From Nitrosopumilus sp. (GTDB taxonomy: Archaea > Thermoproteota > Nitrososphaeria > Nitrososphaerales > Nitrosopumilaceae), in contig OZ241857.1 in assembly GCA_965203315.1 (NCBI GenBank), positions 672,001 through 736,000 of the forward strand: a stretch of DNA of 64,000 nucleotides. The letters are read 5' to 3'. Position 1 is the first letter of the stretch, and the number at the start of each line of letters is the position of its first letter. Made by a program: the position numbers and the translations under genes. Shown in pieces: positions 20,257 to 31,135 of the stretch. Below the pieces are notes generated by a model that saw only the letters and a program-made list of their open reading frames with translations, searched no databases and had not been told where the DNA came from.

Positions 20257-21243
20257 ATAATCCACATCGATGAACATGAACAAGCAATATTACATTTGTT
20301 AATGTTTGAAATATTTCATAAAAATAACCATCTGGGAACATTGATATGGAATAAGAAAAACCCTAAAGGTGACTCTAAAAAGATTTCATATCAACATGAG
20401 GAAATAGTAATTTTTGCAAAAAATGCTGTTCATTTTGTAGAAAAACATGATTTAAAACGACCAAAAGAACATGCACAAGAAATGATAAAAAAAGCAAAAT
20501 ACTTTTTTTCAAAACTAGATCAAAGCAAAATACCAAACGATATCTTGTACATTACAAAAAAATACAATATTCCATATGACTGGAGTCAAAAGTTTTCTAA
20601 AACTGTAACACTTGGTGACATAAATAAAGAATATTCAATATGGTTGAAAGATCAAAATTTTTCTGCAGGTGAAAAAGCATACTCACATATATCTGAAATA
20701 GGGAGGGTGTACAGACTGGTATCAATGGCATGGCCGAACAAGAAGAAAGCTCCACGGGAATATTTTGTACCATTAATTCACCCAATAACCAAAAAACCAT
20801 GTCCAGTTCCAAAACGTGGTTGGAGATATTCACAGAAAACTATGAATGAACTTTTGCAAACAGATCAAATTCAGTTTGGTAAAGATCATACTACTCAACC
20901 AAACAGAGTATATTTTCTGAATGAAAATATGAATGAAAACATATCTTCGATACTGAATTATGGTGGTAGTGATGATATGATTCTAGAAAAAATGGGTATT
21001 ATTTTTCCTAACTCAAAACCAATAGTAGTTGCAAAGACACTATTGAAGTGGTTTACAGATAATCATGGATTGGTACTAGATTCTTTTGCTGGGTCAGGTA
21101 CTACTGCCCAGGCAGTCATGGAACTAAACAAAGAGGATGGAGGTGATCGTCAATTCATTCTGATAGAAATGGAACATCAAATTACCAAAGACGTGATTCA
21201 TAAGAGGCTAACAAGGGTTATTGATGATTTGTGTTCTACATAA
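19873..21243 (+). CDS. mod: Type III Mod-like adenine DNA methyltransferase (allele 1, lacks the C-terminal domain)
   Basis: IQGDNL, YIDPPYNTG, TRD, LDSFAGSGTT. Confidence 0.9.
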   Translation: MPTLDWIGKSAVKDHHKTIPYHLLEKDEKLSIGNTKNMLIQGDNLLALKSLLPYYKNKIKCVYIDPPYNTGNESWIYNDKVNSPTIQRWIDKVVGKPDEDLSMHDKWLCMMYPRLSLLRELMSDDGVIIIHIDEHEQAILHLLMFEIFHKNNHLGTLIWNKKNPKGDSKKISYQHEEIVIFAKNAVHFVEKHDLKRPKEHAQEMIKKAKYFFSKLDQSKIPNDILYITKKYNIPYDWSQKFSKTVTLGDINKEYSIWLKDQNFSAGEKAYSHISEIGRVYRLVSMAWPNKKKAPREYFVPLIHPITKKPCPVPKRGWRYSQKTMNELLQTDQIQFGKDHTTQPNRVYFLNENMNENISSILNYGGSDDMILEKMGIIFPNSKPIVVAKTLLKWFTDNHGLVLDSFAGSGTTAQAVMELNKEDGGDRQFILIEMEHQITKDVIHKRLTRVIDDLCST

Positions 21244-21282
21244 CATTCAAAAATTTATATATTGACTAATCTAACTTAAATC

Positions 21283-21483
21283 ATGGTAACAAAGCCATGT
21301 AGAGAATGTCAAAAAGTACTTGTCACAAATGGAGAATTATGCGATGGGTGTTGTAAGAAAAATACTAGTTTGGGAGCAAAATCTACAGTTAATATGATTA
21401 AATCAACTAAACATAATTCTAAATATATGTCAAAAATTAAAAAATTATTTGAAAATAAAAAAGAGAGAATGAATAGATCATAA
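21283..21483 (+). CDS. Small Zn-finger-like hypothetical protein
   Basis: CREC...CDGC; upstream TTTATATA. Confidence 0.4.
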   Translation: MVTKPCRECQKVLVTNGELCDGCCKKNTSLGAKSTVNMIKSTKHNSKYMSKIKKLFENKKERMNRS

Positions 21484-22599
21484 TGATCTCTTGTACATAC
21501 TCGCATTCTGGATGATCGTCTTCCATTTATTGGGTCCATCGATCAAAATCAACGCTTCTTCAGCTGGTGTCTTACCACCCAGACCCTCATGTTTTTTGGT
21601 ACAGTTGTAGAACGTTCTAAATCCACCGATGAGGGATGTATCGTCTTTCTTGAGACCTCTAAATGCGACTTCACGATCTCGGATTGTACCATTCAATCTT
21701 TCCATCTTATTATTATTATCTCTAGATCGTTTGCCTGTCAAGTGAATGTGTTTGATGTGTCTGGTCTCTTTACCAAATACTCGTTTACTAGATTTCTCAT
21801 ATGCTGGAAGTCCATCAGTTATGAAATTGGTTGGTCGTTTACCAGTCTGTTCCAGAGTTTGAAGTAGAAACTGATCGGTATTGTGCATGTATTTTGAATC
21901 TGCCAGTTCGTGAGTAATCCAGTATCGTGTGTCGTCATCCATGGAACTGTACAGGTATCGTTGTTGTCCAGATATCTTGAGATACAACTCGTCAGCTCGA
22001 TACCACTTACCAACTCGCGGTATGATGCTGTCTATGTATGTACATGATTCATCAGAGTATTGATCTAGCCAGTTGTAAATGGTCATGTGACTGATCTTGA
22101 TTCCCTTCATTTCAAAATGGTTTGCAATATCACGAACAGAGTTACCTTGATTGTACAGTTGCATTGTGTCGGTTATTATTTCACTATCGAACTGTTTTCG
22201 TTCAAATCCATGATTAGGGGTGAATCGACTCTTGCAATCTTTGCACCAAAACAGTTGTACTTTACCTCTCTTTGTATTTCGGAATCCCTTTTTGATTACT
22301 CTGCCCGAATCACATTTCTTGCAGAGATGTAGTTTTGCTCTATCCATTATTTGGACTATATTATTTTGCCAACACTTGTTCTTTTTGATTATGTGCAGAA
22401 CGACCTTGATGTGTTTGCAGTCTGCCTTGCGGTATCGGTGATCGGGGCACTCACATACTAGACCGCGATCAGTTCTTGATACGTTGTATCTTGTTTCTGG
22501 ATTAGTCTGGGATCTGACGCTAAACGTGTCTCTGTCGATCTGGGAACAATGTCCACTCGTACTCATGATCTCGATTGATTTTTGAGTTCTTGCGTTCAT
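21478..22599 (-). CDS. IS6-family DDE transposase with N-terminal SWIM and Zn-ribbon domains (intact)
   Basis: CECPDH...CKHI (SWIM), CKKC...CKDC, WYRADE, ITDGLPAY, NNKMERLNGT; ATG 22599 preferred. Confidence 0.92.
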   Translation of the reverse strand: MNARTQKSIEIMSTSGHCSQIDRDTFSVRSQTNPETRYNVSRTDRGLVCECPDHRYRKADCKHIKVVLHIIKKNKCWQNNIVQIMDRAKLHLCKKCDSGRVIKKGFRNTKRGKVQLFWCKDCKSRFTPNHGFERKQFDSEIITDTMQLYNQGNSVRDIANHFEMKGIKISHMTIYNWLDQYSDESCTYIDSIIPRVGKWYRADELYLKISGQQRYLYSSMDDDTRYWITHELADSKYMHNTDQFLLQTLEQTGKRPTNFITDGLPAYEKSSKRVFGKETRHIKHIHLTGKRSRDNNNKMERLNGTIRDREVAFRGLKKDDTSLIGGFRTFYNCTKKHEGLGGKTPAEEALILIDGPNKWKTIIQNASMYKRSL

Positions 22600-22742
22600 T
22601 GCGTGAACGAAGCGTCGTTTTTCAATATAAAGAGTTGGGAGATACTGTTGTTTGTGTGGTGAGTATAATACAGGTGAGTGTTGAACCATTAAATCTATTA
22701 AATTTATAATATAAAATCTTTAGGTCGATTCATTATTTTATT

Positions 22743-25046
22743 TCAATCTGAAGACACAACAGAGTTATTTATTTCATCAATAAGTTCATTTATTTCTTCC
22801 TTGAATATGATCTTAGTTTTATAGTTTTCACCTGCAAGTGTAGATAAAATATCTAACATTTTTTGTTTATACACGGTCTTCTCATTACCCTTTAGGTGTT
22901 CACCCTTGTACTCTATAATATAGTAATGATCATTATTTGTTTTTATTATAAAATCTGGATAAATTAAATTTGGCTTCCAACCCATGACGTAAAATGCATT
23001 TTCGTTTTTAACAGGATTTCTATACCACCACTTTACTGTATCCAAACTGTCAATTTTTGTAGCAAAATCCTCTTCTTCCTTATTCATTCTTTCGAGATTG
23101 TTAAATAGATGTTTTGTAAATGTATTCTCTTGTGGATTTGTTAATGGCATATCATTTGATAACGATCTATACATACATACTAAATTACCTTTCTCTAAAT
23201 GTTGCATAAACTTCTTTTTGGACTCATCTTGCTCATACATGTTTATGCTGTTGTTTATTTTTTCAATAACAATTCTGATGTTTTTAGACAATTCTTTTAT
23301 TTTTTCTTTTTCAGATTTAGTTATATCGTTTTGAATATATCTATCTACTATATCATTTATATATTTTGTCATGTCTTTAGAACTATATCGCGCTCTCCTT
23401 ACCTCTCTTCTAAGTTTAGTCATAAGTTTATCTTTTGTGTAAGAATCAGAATCATCAGGAAATAGAGTTTTTTGTACAGTGGATTTTATTCCTGATTCTG
23501 TTACATCAATTTCTCGAACTTCAGATATACTTGTCAATTGCCCAATATTGATTATATCTGGGTTCGGTAGCATATCTGGCAATAAATCTTCATATTCTAA
23601 CATATGTTTAATTGGTTCAGTGATTGTAATACAAGGTAATTTAATATCATTATCATCAATAACTTGTCTAGTTTGTGTTACATCTTTCTTCTTTTTTGAA
23701 GGTATCATATCTTTTTTATCATATCCATTTCTTTCTAATTCTGATTCTAATTCTTTTACTATTTGATCCATATTAATCGATGATGTAAACACATAAGCAC
23801 AATTCAGTGCATCAATGGGTTTTCTCTTTTGTTTTGGCATTCGTAATATTCTTCCTATTATTTGTTCACCTGCTGTTCTTGACTTTGTGTTCATTATAGA
23901 TACTAGGACATATGCGAATGGATTATCCCAACCTTCTGCTAACGCTCTTACAGTTATGATGTATCTAATTGGACTACTTTTTGAGTTCAGATTCTTCCCT
24001 TTTAGATCATCGTCTTTACTCGTCTTAATGGCTATCTGTTCTTCAGGAATTTTATGGTTTTTCAGTAAATAATTTTTAACCTGGTTGGTATCAATTACTT
24101 TTTCTGATTCTTTATTTTGTTCTGCTTGAAATAGTATGATTGGACGTATGTATTCTCCAGTAATTTTTTTCAATTTATTACACTCTCTTTCTAGAAAATG
24201 TCTCTTTTGAATACCAAGATCAATTACTCTTTCCCAATCAGGTTCGTTAGTGTGGATGATGGGAAGTTTTACCATCCCTTCATTTTTTAGTTCTACAGCA
24301 TTTACATTCACTAGTACATTGGATTCTTTACCCAATTCATTTCTTGGAGTAGCTGTAAACTCTATTACAAAACTTGGATTAAAGTTTTGAATCATCTCGT
24401 ATGATAGATGTGTTTTTGTGTGATGTGATTCATCTAAAATAACTATTGGATGATATAATTTTATTACTTCATGCAAAGATGGTGTAACAGTAGAGGTTAA
24501 TCCTTGAAAATGATCCATTAATGAACCATTTTCTTTAAAGACATTCTTTTTAGACATCTTTTTTGGAGTATCTTCTGTCCTAAATACAGCAAATGTCGCC
24601 ACTATGATACATAAATTATTCTTAATATCAGATCTTTTAATCGATAGTGCTTCTTCTATACTAAATACTTTGATGTCACTAAAAGATTCGTTTAACGTAG
24701 CATAATAAATATCTCCAAAATTACATAATTTTTTAATTGTTTGATATAATATGGCATCGGTGGGAACTAACCACAAAACTAAACCAACATCATCTATACG
24801 ACTAAGATATTCTCTATGAATGGTTTTGATGGATTCACATGCTACTAGTGTTTTACCGCCTCCTGTTGGTATCTTTATACATATGGAAGGGGCGTCTATG
24901 TTGTGGTTGTTATATTTTGTTTTTGTTACTACATAAAACGCAGTATCTTTAGGATCTCCATCTTTATCCAAACTATGTATTTTGGTAATATAATTAACCA
25001 AGTCTTCAATAGATTTGGATTGATATTTTTTAAGAATGTTCGTCAT
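22743..25046 (-). CDS. res: Type III restriction subunit Res (SF2 helicase plus PD-(D/E)xK nuclease)
   Basis: PTGGGKT, DESHH, FTATP, AEGWD, QIIGRILR, YPDF...IEYKG; ATGA overlap with mod stop. Confidence 0.92.
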   Translation of the reverse strand: MTNILKKYQSKSIEDLVNYITKIHSLDKDGDPKDTAFYVVTKTKYNNHNIDAPSICIKIPTGGGKTLVACESIKTIHREYLSRIDDVGLVLWLVPTDAILYQTIKKLCNFGDIYYATLNESFSDIKVFSIEEALSIKRSDIKNNLCIIVATFAVFRTEDTPKKMSKKNVFKENGSLMDHFQGLTSTVTPSLHEVIKLYHPIVILDESHHTKTHLSYEMIQNFNPSFVIEFTATPRNELGKESNVLVNVNAVELKNEGMVKLPIIHTNEPDWERVIDLGIQKRHFLERECNKLKKITGEYIRPIILFQAEQNKESEKVIDTNQVKNYLLKNHKIPEEQIAIKTSKDDDLKGKNLNSKSSPIRYIITVRALAEGWDNPFAYVLVSIMNTKSRTAGEQIIGRILRMPKQKRKPIDALNCAYVFTSSINMDQIVKELESELERNGYDKKDMIPSKKKKDVTQTRQVIDDNDIKLPCITITEPIKHMLEYEDLLPDMLPNPDIINIGQLTSISEVREIDVTESGIKSTVQKTLFPDDSDSYTKDKLMTKLRREVRRARYSSKDMTKYINDIVDRYIQNDITKSEKEKIKELSKNIRIVIEKINNSINMYEQDESKKKFMQHLEKGNLVCMYRSLSNDMPLTNPQENTFTKHLFNNLERMNKEEEDFATKIDSLDTVKWWYRNPVKNENAFYVMGWKPNLIYPDFIIKTNNDHYYIIEYKGEHLKGNEKTVYKQKMLDILSTLAGENYKTKIIFKEEINELIDEINNSVVSSD

Positions 25047-26609
25047 ATTTTCACCTCATATGGTATTTGTTTGAAGATGCAACGCCATCGTTCTAGTTTT
25101 TTGTGTGATATACTACACAAATCTGAATAGACTATTTTCTGTACATTTTTGTCCATCTCTTTTAGATGTTTGAAAGTAAAGATATTCTTAGATTTGGGTT
25201 TGTATATTAGATGAATTTGAACTCCATCATTTGTTGTACCCAACAGAGTACCCTTTATCCGATGTATTGTCTTATTGGTCTCTGTCAAGTAAATGTGGTG
25301 TGCTAGATTAGTAAAAGTACATTTTGTTATATTGCCATCACAGTCAAAGAGTTCATTACCCAGCGTGTAAAAGTCAAATCCAAATTGATCATTGTCTTGG
25401 GGGGGGGGCGGTCTCAGCTTTTAGTTTTTTTGTCACGATATCTAATCTTTTGTGAGTAACTGATCTTACGACATTTGGATCCATCTCTATTAAAATGAAT
25501 TTTCTACTACCTTTATCTTTTTTGTTTAATTCCATTACAGTTTGTGCTGTAGTACCAGACCCTACAAAAGAGTCTAGAATGATGTCGTTATGTGATGTAG
25601 AAGCAAGTACCAAATCATGTATCAATTTAACTGGTTTTACTGTATAAAATGGTACATCTCTACCTTCTTTGATATTGAATAATTTTTTAATTTCACTTTT
25701 TGCATCATTATTAGACGTATTATCGATTATACTGTCAAATTTAATCTTTCCGTCATTATCAAATTCATAATATTTTTTATACACTTGATACTCTCCATTT
25801 TGTTTCTTTTTGAATAATATCCTCTTATCTTTTAGTAATTCTTTAAATTTTGGTTTTGCAACTAACCATTGAGTTTTAATTTCCTTCCCATCTGGAAGTT
25901 TAATTGGATAAACAAGGGTCGGTCTACTTTCTAAATTTGATTTTAATGGTCTAATGTAATACCTACCTCTACTGTTAATGAATTCGTCATCATAAACAAA
26001 TTTAGATTTGTCTTTTTCAGGGCGTGGTATCAAAAATTCGGTTACTTTAGATTTATTTTTTCCAAATACCAATATATATTCATGTAGATCAACAAAATGG
26101 TTTGAATGTTTACCTCCAGTATATTTTTTCTTCCAAACTAATTCTGCAATAAAGTTCCTTGCTCCAAATATCTCGTCACATAGTATCTTGAGATGTGCTT
26201 GTTCGTTGTCATCTATTGAGATGAATATCACACCATCATCTGACATCAACTCTCGTAATAGAGATAGTCTAGGATACATCATGCAGAGCCACTTGTCATG
26301 CATGGATAGATCTTCGTCTGGTTTGCCAACCACCTTGTCAATCCATCTTTGGATGGTGGGTGAGTTTACCTTGTCGTTGTATATCCATGATTCATTGCCT
26401 GTGTTGTATGGTGGATCTATGTACACGCATTTGATCTTGTTCTTATAGTACGGTAAGAGACTCTTGAGTGCTAGTAAATTATCACCCTGTATCAACATGT
26501 TTTTGGTATTCCCAATGGATAGTTTCTCATCTTTTTCTAGTAGGTGATAGGGGATCGTCTTATGATGGTCTTTAACAGCTGACTTGCCGATCCAATCTAG
26601 TGTGGGCAT
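25043..26609 (-). CDS. mod: Type III Mod methyltransferase (allele 2), frameshifted at a C10 tract
   Basis: DPPY and DSFVGSGTT; C9 or C12 at 25399-25408 continues into GFDFYTLGNELFD...HIYLTET...FKQIPYEVKI, giving 521 aa with C9. Confidence 0.88.
25399..25408. repeat. G10/C10 homopolymer in mod (candidate phase-variation tract)
   Basis: Sits exactly at the frameshift; very rare run in this AT-rich DNA. Confidence 0.8.
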
Positions 26610-26687
26610 TATTATGATAACTAGAATACTATCTATCTTTAATGGTTTTTATATCAAAATGTCAGGTCTCGAAGATTATACAGAACC
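26226..26687. repeat. 462-bp inverted repeat, right arm
   Basis: Reverse complement of 19795-20256. Confidence 0.9.
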
Positions 26688-26937
26688 CTATTATAATCAA
26701 TGCTTCTTCAGATAGAGTCTTGCCGACCAACGCTTCATGTTTCTTTGTACAATTGTAGAGTGTTCTGAATACACCTATCAAACTGGTATCATCTTTCTTG
26801 AGACTCCTAAATGCGACTTTACGATCTCGAATTGTACCGTTCAATCGTTCCATTTTGTTATTGTTGTCTCTTAACTTCTTACCAGTTAGATGGATATGTT
26901 TGATGTGTCGAGTCTCTTTGCCGAATACACGTTTACT

Positions 26938-27078
26938 AGACTGTATGCGTATTTCTTACATCATATGCACGTTTTAAGGTACAATAAAACACAAGTGTGA
27001 TTTCTAGAGGCAAATTGATTCATTGTTATCGTGTTTGATGATTGGATGTGGGCACTCTTAATAATACGCATACCGTCT
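26938..27078. mobile_element. MITE family A copy 5
   Basis: Family A TIRs; truncates the IS6 remnant. Confidence 0.85.
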
Positions 27079-27339
27079 AGTATGAGATTAAAGACTTTTA
27101 GCTATGATCAGAGTACGAGAATTGATGTTTATTTTCAGTGTATTGTTTTACAACGCATGGATTCTAGCACGAAACATACAATGTGAAGACGATCTCTTTG
27201 ATTATTGCAATCAAATTACCGCACTTGTTTTTCTAGAAATGACATACGAATACACCAAATCGTTTATCGACCCAGATATCGAACCAGAGCCACCACCGAA
27301 ATCTGCTGTGGCGTGTTGGATAGACAATTGGGTAAACTG
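27079..27339 (+). mobile_element. ISH3/IS4-like 3' remnant, second copy
   Basis: Inverted near-identical copy of 10791-11049. Confidence 0.55.
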
Positions 27340-27465
27340 AACAATATCAACGATGATTTTTCTAGGAGTGTATTACATTGAGTGATTTGATGTTTATTGT
27401 ACAGGTGTAATTGCATAGTTGATAGATCAACAAGAATCAGATGGATTATGGAGGGACTATTCCAG

Positions 27466-28671
27466 CTAGATCTTTATCGAATCTTGCTTGTACTCTTTGA
27501 TGGTGTAACTCCTGTCTCGCCATGTTACAGACGAGTCACTCTTTGCATGTAATAGACCACTCAAGAATCCACACACTACAAACAGACCGCCAACAGGTGC
27601 AAAGATCGAATAGATAGTCTTTATTCTCAATGCGATCTTTGTCTCTATTACTGCTCCCAGATATATCAGTACAGCGGCAACGCTAGACGATAGAGTGAGA
27701 ATCGAGTGGGATACACTAGCGTCAACATCTAGTACCAGTTGTGTTAACGAGTGTGTTGCTACCAGAAACGGCGCAAACAGTAGAAATGCAACAGCGAAGA
27801 ATATACCTACAGCAACTTTGCTACTTTGTATGTATAGTGGAATCATCAATCGTTTCAGTCCTTCCCAGAGTGTTTTACGATCTCTTGCCCAAGCTGCATC
27901 GATCAAATGCTCACCACGTATCATCTTCATACTATAGCCTGCAGTTTTGACCTTTTTTCCTAATGCTCCATCTTCAATGATCTCTTGCTTAACGCCTTCG
28001 TGTCTGCCCACGCCATCATATGTGTCACGTTTTAGAATAAAGAAACTGCCAAAGAAATACCCCGTAGCCTTTTTCGGATTGTTTACATTTAGTGCAGAAA
28101 ACCGTGTGTGTAAAAAGGTAGAGATCATTGGCAATGTGACCCGGGTCCAAAAGTCAAATGTTAAAATTCTAGGCATTGCCGATAACGCATCTAGTTTGTG
28201 AGATATCATGTATGCTACTGCAAGTGATATTAAATTTGACGCGTGGTGAGTATCTGCATCGGTAAACAACAACAGTTGACCTGTTGCTTTAGCATATCCT
28301 TCCATACATGCCCAATTCTTCCCCATCCATCCATCTGGCTTTGGTCCTGCAGACACTGGCACTATTTTTGGATTACAGCTATGTGTTGCAATTATCTGCG
28401 ACGTTTTGTCAGTAGACGAATCATCCACAACTATTATCTCATAGTTTGTATAATCTTGTGCTTCTAACGAGTCTAAACAATCACTCAGAAACTCTTCTTC
28501 ATTTCTTGCAGGTAGAATTACTGATACTTTGGGAGGATCATCCAAGTCAACAGTCTTGTTCAAGTAGGGAGTCTTTGTGAAAGTAGCAATCATGGATCGA
28601 AGTAATATGATCCATGCCGCACAAACTCCAAACATCGCCCCAGATAAGATATAGTTGATGACATCTATCAA
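27466..28671 (-). CDS. GT2 glycosyltransferase, membrane-bound
   Basis: VSVILPARNEE, VDDSSTD, GWMGKNWA, FTDAD, IEDG. Confidence 0.92.
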   Translation of the reverse strand: MIDVINYILSGAMFGVCAAWIILLRSMIATFTKTPYLNKTVDLDDPPKVSVILPARNEEEFLSDCLDSLEAQDYTNYEIIVVDDSSTDKTSQIIATHSCNPKIVPVSAGPKPDGWMGKNWACMEGYAKATGQLLLFTDADTHHASNLISLAVAYMISHKLDALSAMPRILTFDFWTRVTLPMISTFLHTRFSALNVNNPKKATGYFFGSFFILKRDTYDGVGRHEGVKQEIIEDGALGKKVKTAGYSMKMIRGEHLIDAAWARDRKTLWEGLKRLMIPLYIQSSKVAVGIFFAVAFLLFAPFLVATHSLTQLVLDVDASVSHSILTLSSSVAAVLIYLGAVIETKIALRIKTIYSIFAPVGGLFVVCGFLSGLLHAKSDSSVTWRDRSYTIKEYKQDSIKI

Positions 28672-28672
28672 T

Positions 28673-29098
28673 TTACAACTCGGCCTGCTTTTTTATGCTT
28701 TGTAATGCTTGTTCAGTTCCACTCTGAATATGTTTCTTTAACATTCCACTAAACATGCCCATCATTCCAGTGAGTTTGATATCCCACGTTGCTGTCAAGA
28801 TTGATCCTTGATCGTGAGATCGCAGTGATATAATCTTTTGACCATCTAGTATCCCTTTTGTAAACTCTGCAGATATGGTTGATTTTGGCGTAATGACTAC
28901 TTTTTGAATGCACTTTTGATCACGAAACGCAATAGTTACCTCTCGGATGATCTCGTTACCTTTTCTGCTGATGTTTCGTACTTTTTTTGTCCCCTTCCAG
29001 AATATTGGCTCACTGTCAATATCTGATATGATCTCCCAAACTTTGTCACTTGCTGCATTGATCTCAACATCAACCTCTATTCTAGCCACATGCTCCAT
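28673..29098 (-). CDS. SRPBCC/START-fold (polyketide cyclase-like) protein
   Basis: EINAASDKVWEIISD..P.FW; C-terminal helix. Confidence 0.85.
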   Translation of the reverse strand: MEHVARIEVDVEINAASDKVWEIISDIDSEPIFWKGTKKVRNISRKGNEIIREVTIAFRDQKCIQKVVITPKSTISAEFTKGILDGQKIISLRSHDQGSILTATWDIKLTGMMGMFSGMLKKHIQSGTEQALQSIKKQAEL

Positions 29099-29498
29099 AT
29101 CAATTAGATTAAATATATTGTATTGCTAGTCATACTATACTGTGGTGGGCAATATGTCTAAAATCCGGAACCGTAACTCCAGTTCTAATGACAGTTGCCA
29201 TTCTTCCATCACAGTATAGTTACATACTTGGTACACTAGCGATCTATATGGTAAGCAGTATCATGCAAGGTGAGGTAAAGCCAACACGAGAGTCAAGCGA
29301 TCAGATGGCTGTCTGAGAGTAGAATTGCTTTCGAGTTCGTATTTGTGTGTAAAAATTACATACAGCACATGTAGAAGACTAGGCTACGATATCAAATGTT
29401 CAAAAGACATAGTCAATACGGCAAACAACTAGAGAACGCCATCTTGTCGCTGTACAGCACATGACATTAAAAAATTTACCAACCACTGCATTCTGCCA

Positions 29499-29812
29499 GG
29501 TTCTTTTAACTTAACAGGGGGTCTATAGTTTTCATGCAACATTCTCTAAAAATTTTACAAGTTATAAAAAATGGTTATAACACCAATTGTAGATTATTAG
29601 ACTGTATGCATATTTCTTACACCATACGCACATTTTAAAGTACAATAAAACGTAGGTGTAATTTCTAGAGGCAAATTGATTCATTGTTATCGTGTTTGAT
29701 GATTGGACATGGGCACTCAATAATACGCATACAGTCTATTGTTGTTTTAAGTTGCATATAGTGCGTTTCTTGAAATACCAGCATCATAACCCCCCAATAA
29801 GTTAAAAGAACC
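29499..29812. mobile_element. MITE family B copy 2 containing a nested family A MITE
   Basis: Family B TIRs at both ends; interior interrupted at 29599-29737. Confidence 0.8.
29599..29737. mobile_element. MITE family A copy 6 (nested)
   Basis: Family A TIRs flanked by TA. Confidence 0.85.
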
Positions 29813-29887
29813 TTCCATTGTTACATGCCTCGATCATGTTTTCAAAGTTTTTTCCATGACCTTGATTATGTGATTTTTGTTCGATCA

Positions 29888-30694
29888 TTAATGAGACTTG
29901 TAAATTTCGTCCAATTTGAATGCTATTTCTGCTTTCGATAGGGAACGTGAACCCGCTGTTTGAGACGTGATTTCTGGCCAATCCACCGTTTTTATCAATT
30001 CTATTATACCGTGGGTCATTTCTTGTAAAAAGTAATGACTCGTTTGTGATAGATTTAGAATTCCACTGGTGAATACTCTACCCGAATAGAACCCCACTCG
30101 TCTCATTGCAAACTCGGCTTTTTGAGGAGTCGTATAAGAGATTAGGTGGTCTATGTTTGGAACAGTTAGTAATTTTCTTGGTGTTCGTTTTCGAGTCCAT
30201 ATCTGCCACGCGGATGGCACGTCATAAGGATTACCCATTCGAATAAAAGAGCGATCTGGGATATCCTCATCTTTGACCAAGTGGAAATACTTGTTCAATC
30301 TGGCATGTATGCTCCTCTTTCTAAACGTTCTCGGAACGATGAAAGCGATCTCGTTTGCGTGTTGTGCAGCGTGATTAAAGAATTTGACTGCTAGACTGGC
30401 GTTCTTGCCAAAAGGCGGATTTCCTATTACGACTATATTTTCGTGATTCCCTCTAAACAGTCCATTGGGTTTAAAGAAATCGCCTTGTTTTATACCCGCG
30501 GATTTGGGATAGAGATCCAGACCTCGTACAGTGTGACCATACTGTTTGATCGGGTTTAGAAACGCACCGTCTCCCGCAGAGGGTTCCACATACAACACGT
30601 CCTTGTCTTTCCATCTTTGCAGGACAGTCCTTGTTAGTTTGTATGCCAAAGTATGATTCGTATAGAACTGGTCTACGCGTGGGCCTAGTACCAT
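29888..30694 (-). CDS. Orphan N6-adenine DNA methyltransferase-like protein
   Basis: DQFYT, VEPSAGDGAF (motif I), VIGNPPFG (motif IV), AFIVP. Confidence 0.8.
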   Translation of the reverse strand: MVLGPRVDQFYTNHTLAYKLTRTVLQRWKDKDVLYVEPSAGDGAFLNPIKQYGHTVRGLDLYPKSAGIKQGDFFKPNGLFRGNHENIVVIGNPPFGKNASLAVKFFNHAAQHANEIAFIVPRTFRKRSIHARLNKYFHLVKDEDIPDRSFIRMGNPYDVPSAWQIWTRKRTPRKLLTVPNIDHLISYTTPQKAEFAMRRVGFYSGRVFTSGILNLSQTSHYFLQEMTHGIIELIKTVDWPEITSQTAGSRSLSKAEIAFKLDEIYKSH

Positions 30695-30918
30695 ATCTTC
30701 TCTATGTGTATATGTGTATATATAATATAATTTATTTGGTTTGAGATCTAGAGATATTGTACATCGGATTTATTTCTTGTTGAGAATATCTATGTATATG
30801 ACTTTTCTAACTAACTCTTTTTCTATTCTTTGGGTAAAAAATAATCCAATACAAGCATAAAGAGAAACAACAAATTTGTGTTTGTTTGGTACAAAATCAT
30901 CAGGTATTTTACATTTGA

Positions 30919-31135
30919 TATACCAAAGTACAAAAGTATTTTTCAAGTAAATCACATAATAACATGTGTGTAAGTATGAATCAGCCTTACGGAAATCAAA
31001 CGGACTCCATTTGAACTATTTTACCTATAGAAATAACATATACGCTGTCGTCATTACAATATGAATACGTTCATAAAAAAAATACATATACGTTATTTTG
31101 ATCTCGTTTTGGAAAATACTTTTGCACTTGTGTAT
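30919..31135. mobile_element. MITE family G copy 1 (about 217 bp)
   Basis: TIR TATACCAAAGT(A/G)CAAAAGTATTTT; partner at 60628-60844. Confidence 0.65.

Larger units (their letters stand above)
19795..26687. mobile_element. IS6-family unit transposon (6893 bp) carrying a type III RM system with two mod genes
   Basis: Ends GGTTCTGTATAATCTT; 462-bp perfect IR; 8-bp TSD CTATTATA at 19787-19794 and 26688-26695; internal IS6 transposase. Confidence 0.9.
19645..26937 (-). mobile_element. Older IS6 remnant (19645-19794 plus 26696-26937) interrupted by the RM transposon
   Basis: TIR GGTTCTGTAAAGTT at 19645; transposase C-terminus EEALII|IDRLNKWKTIIQNAS reads across the insertion point. Confidence 0.75.

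Noticed and set aside
20257-26225. Classical shufflon in which simple inversion creates new Mod proteins
   Set aside because: The arms include identical promoters and N-termini, so one inversion leaves both products unchanged, and no site-specific invertase is present
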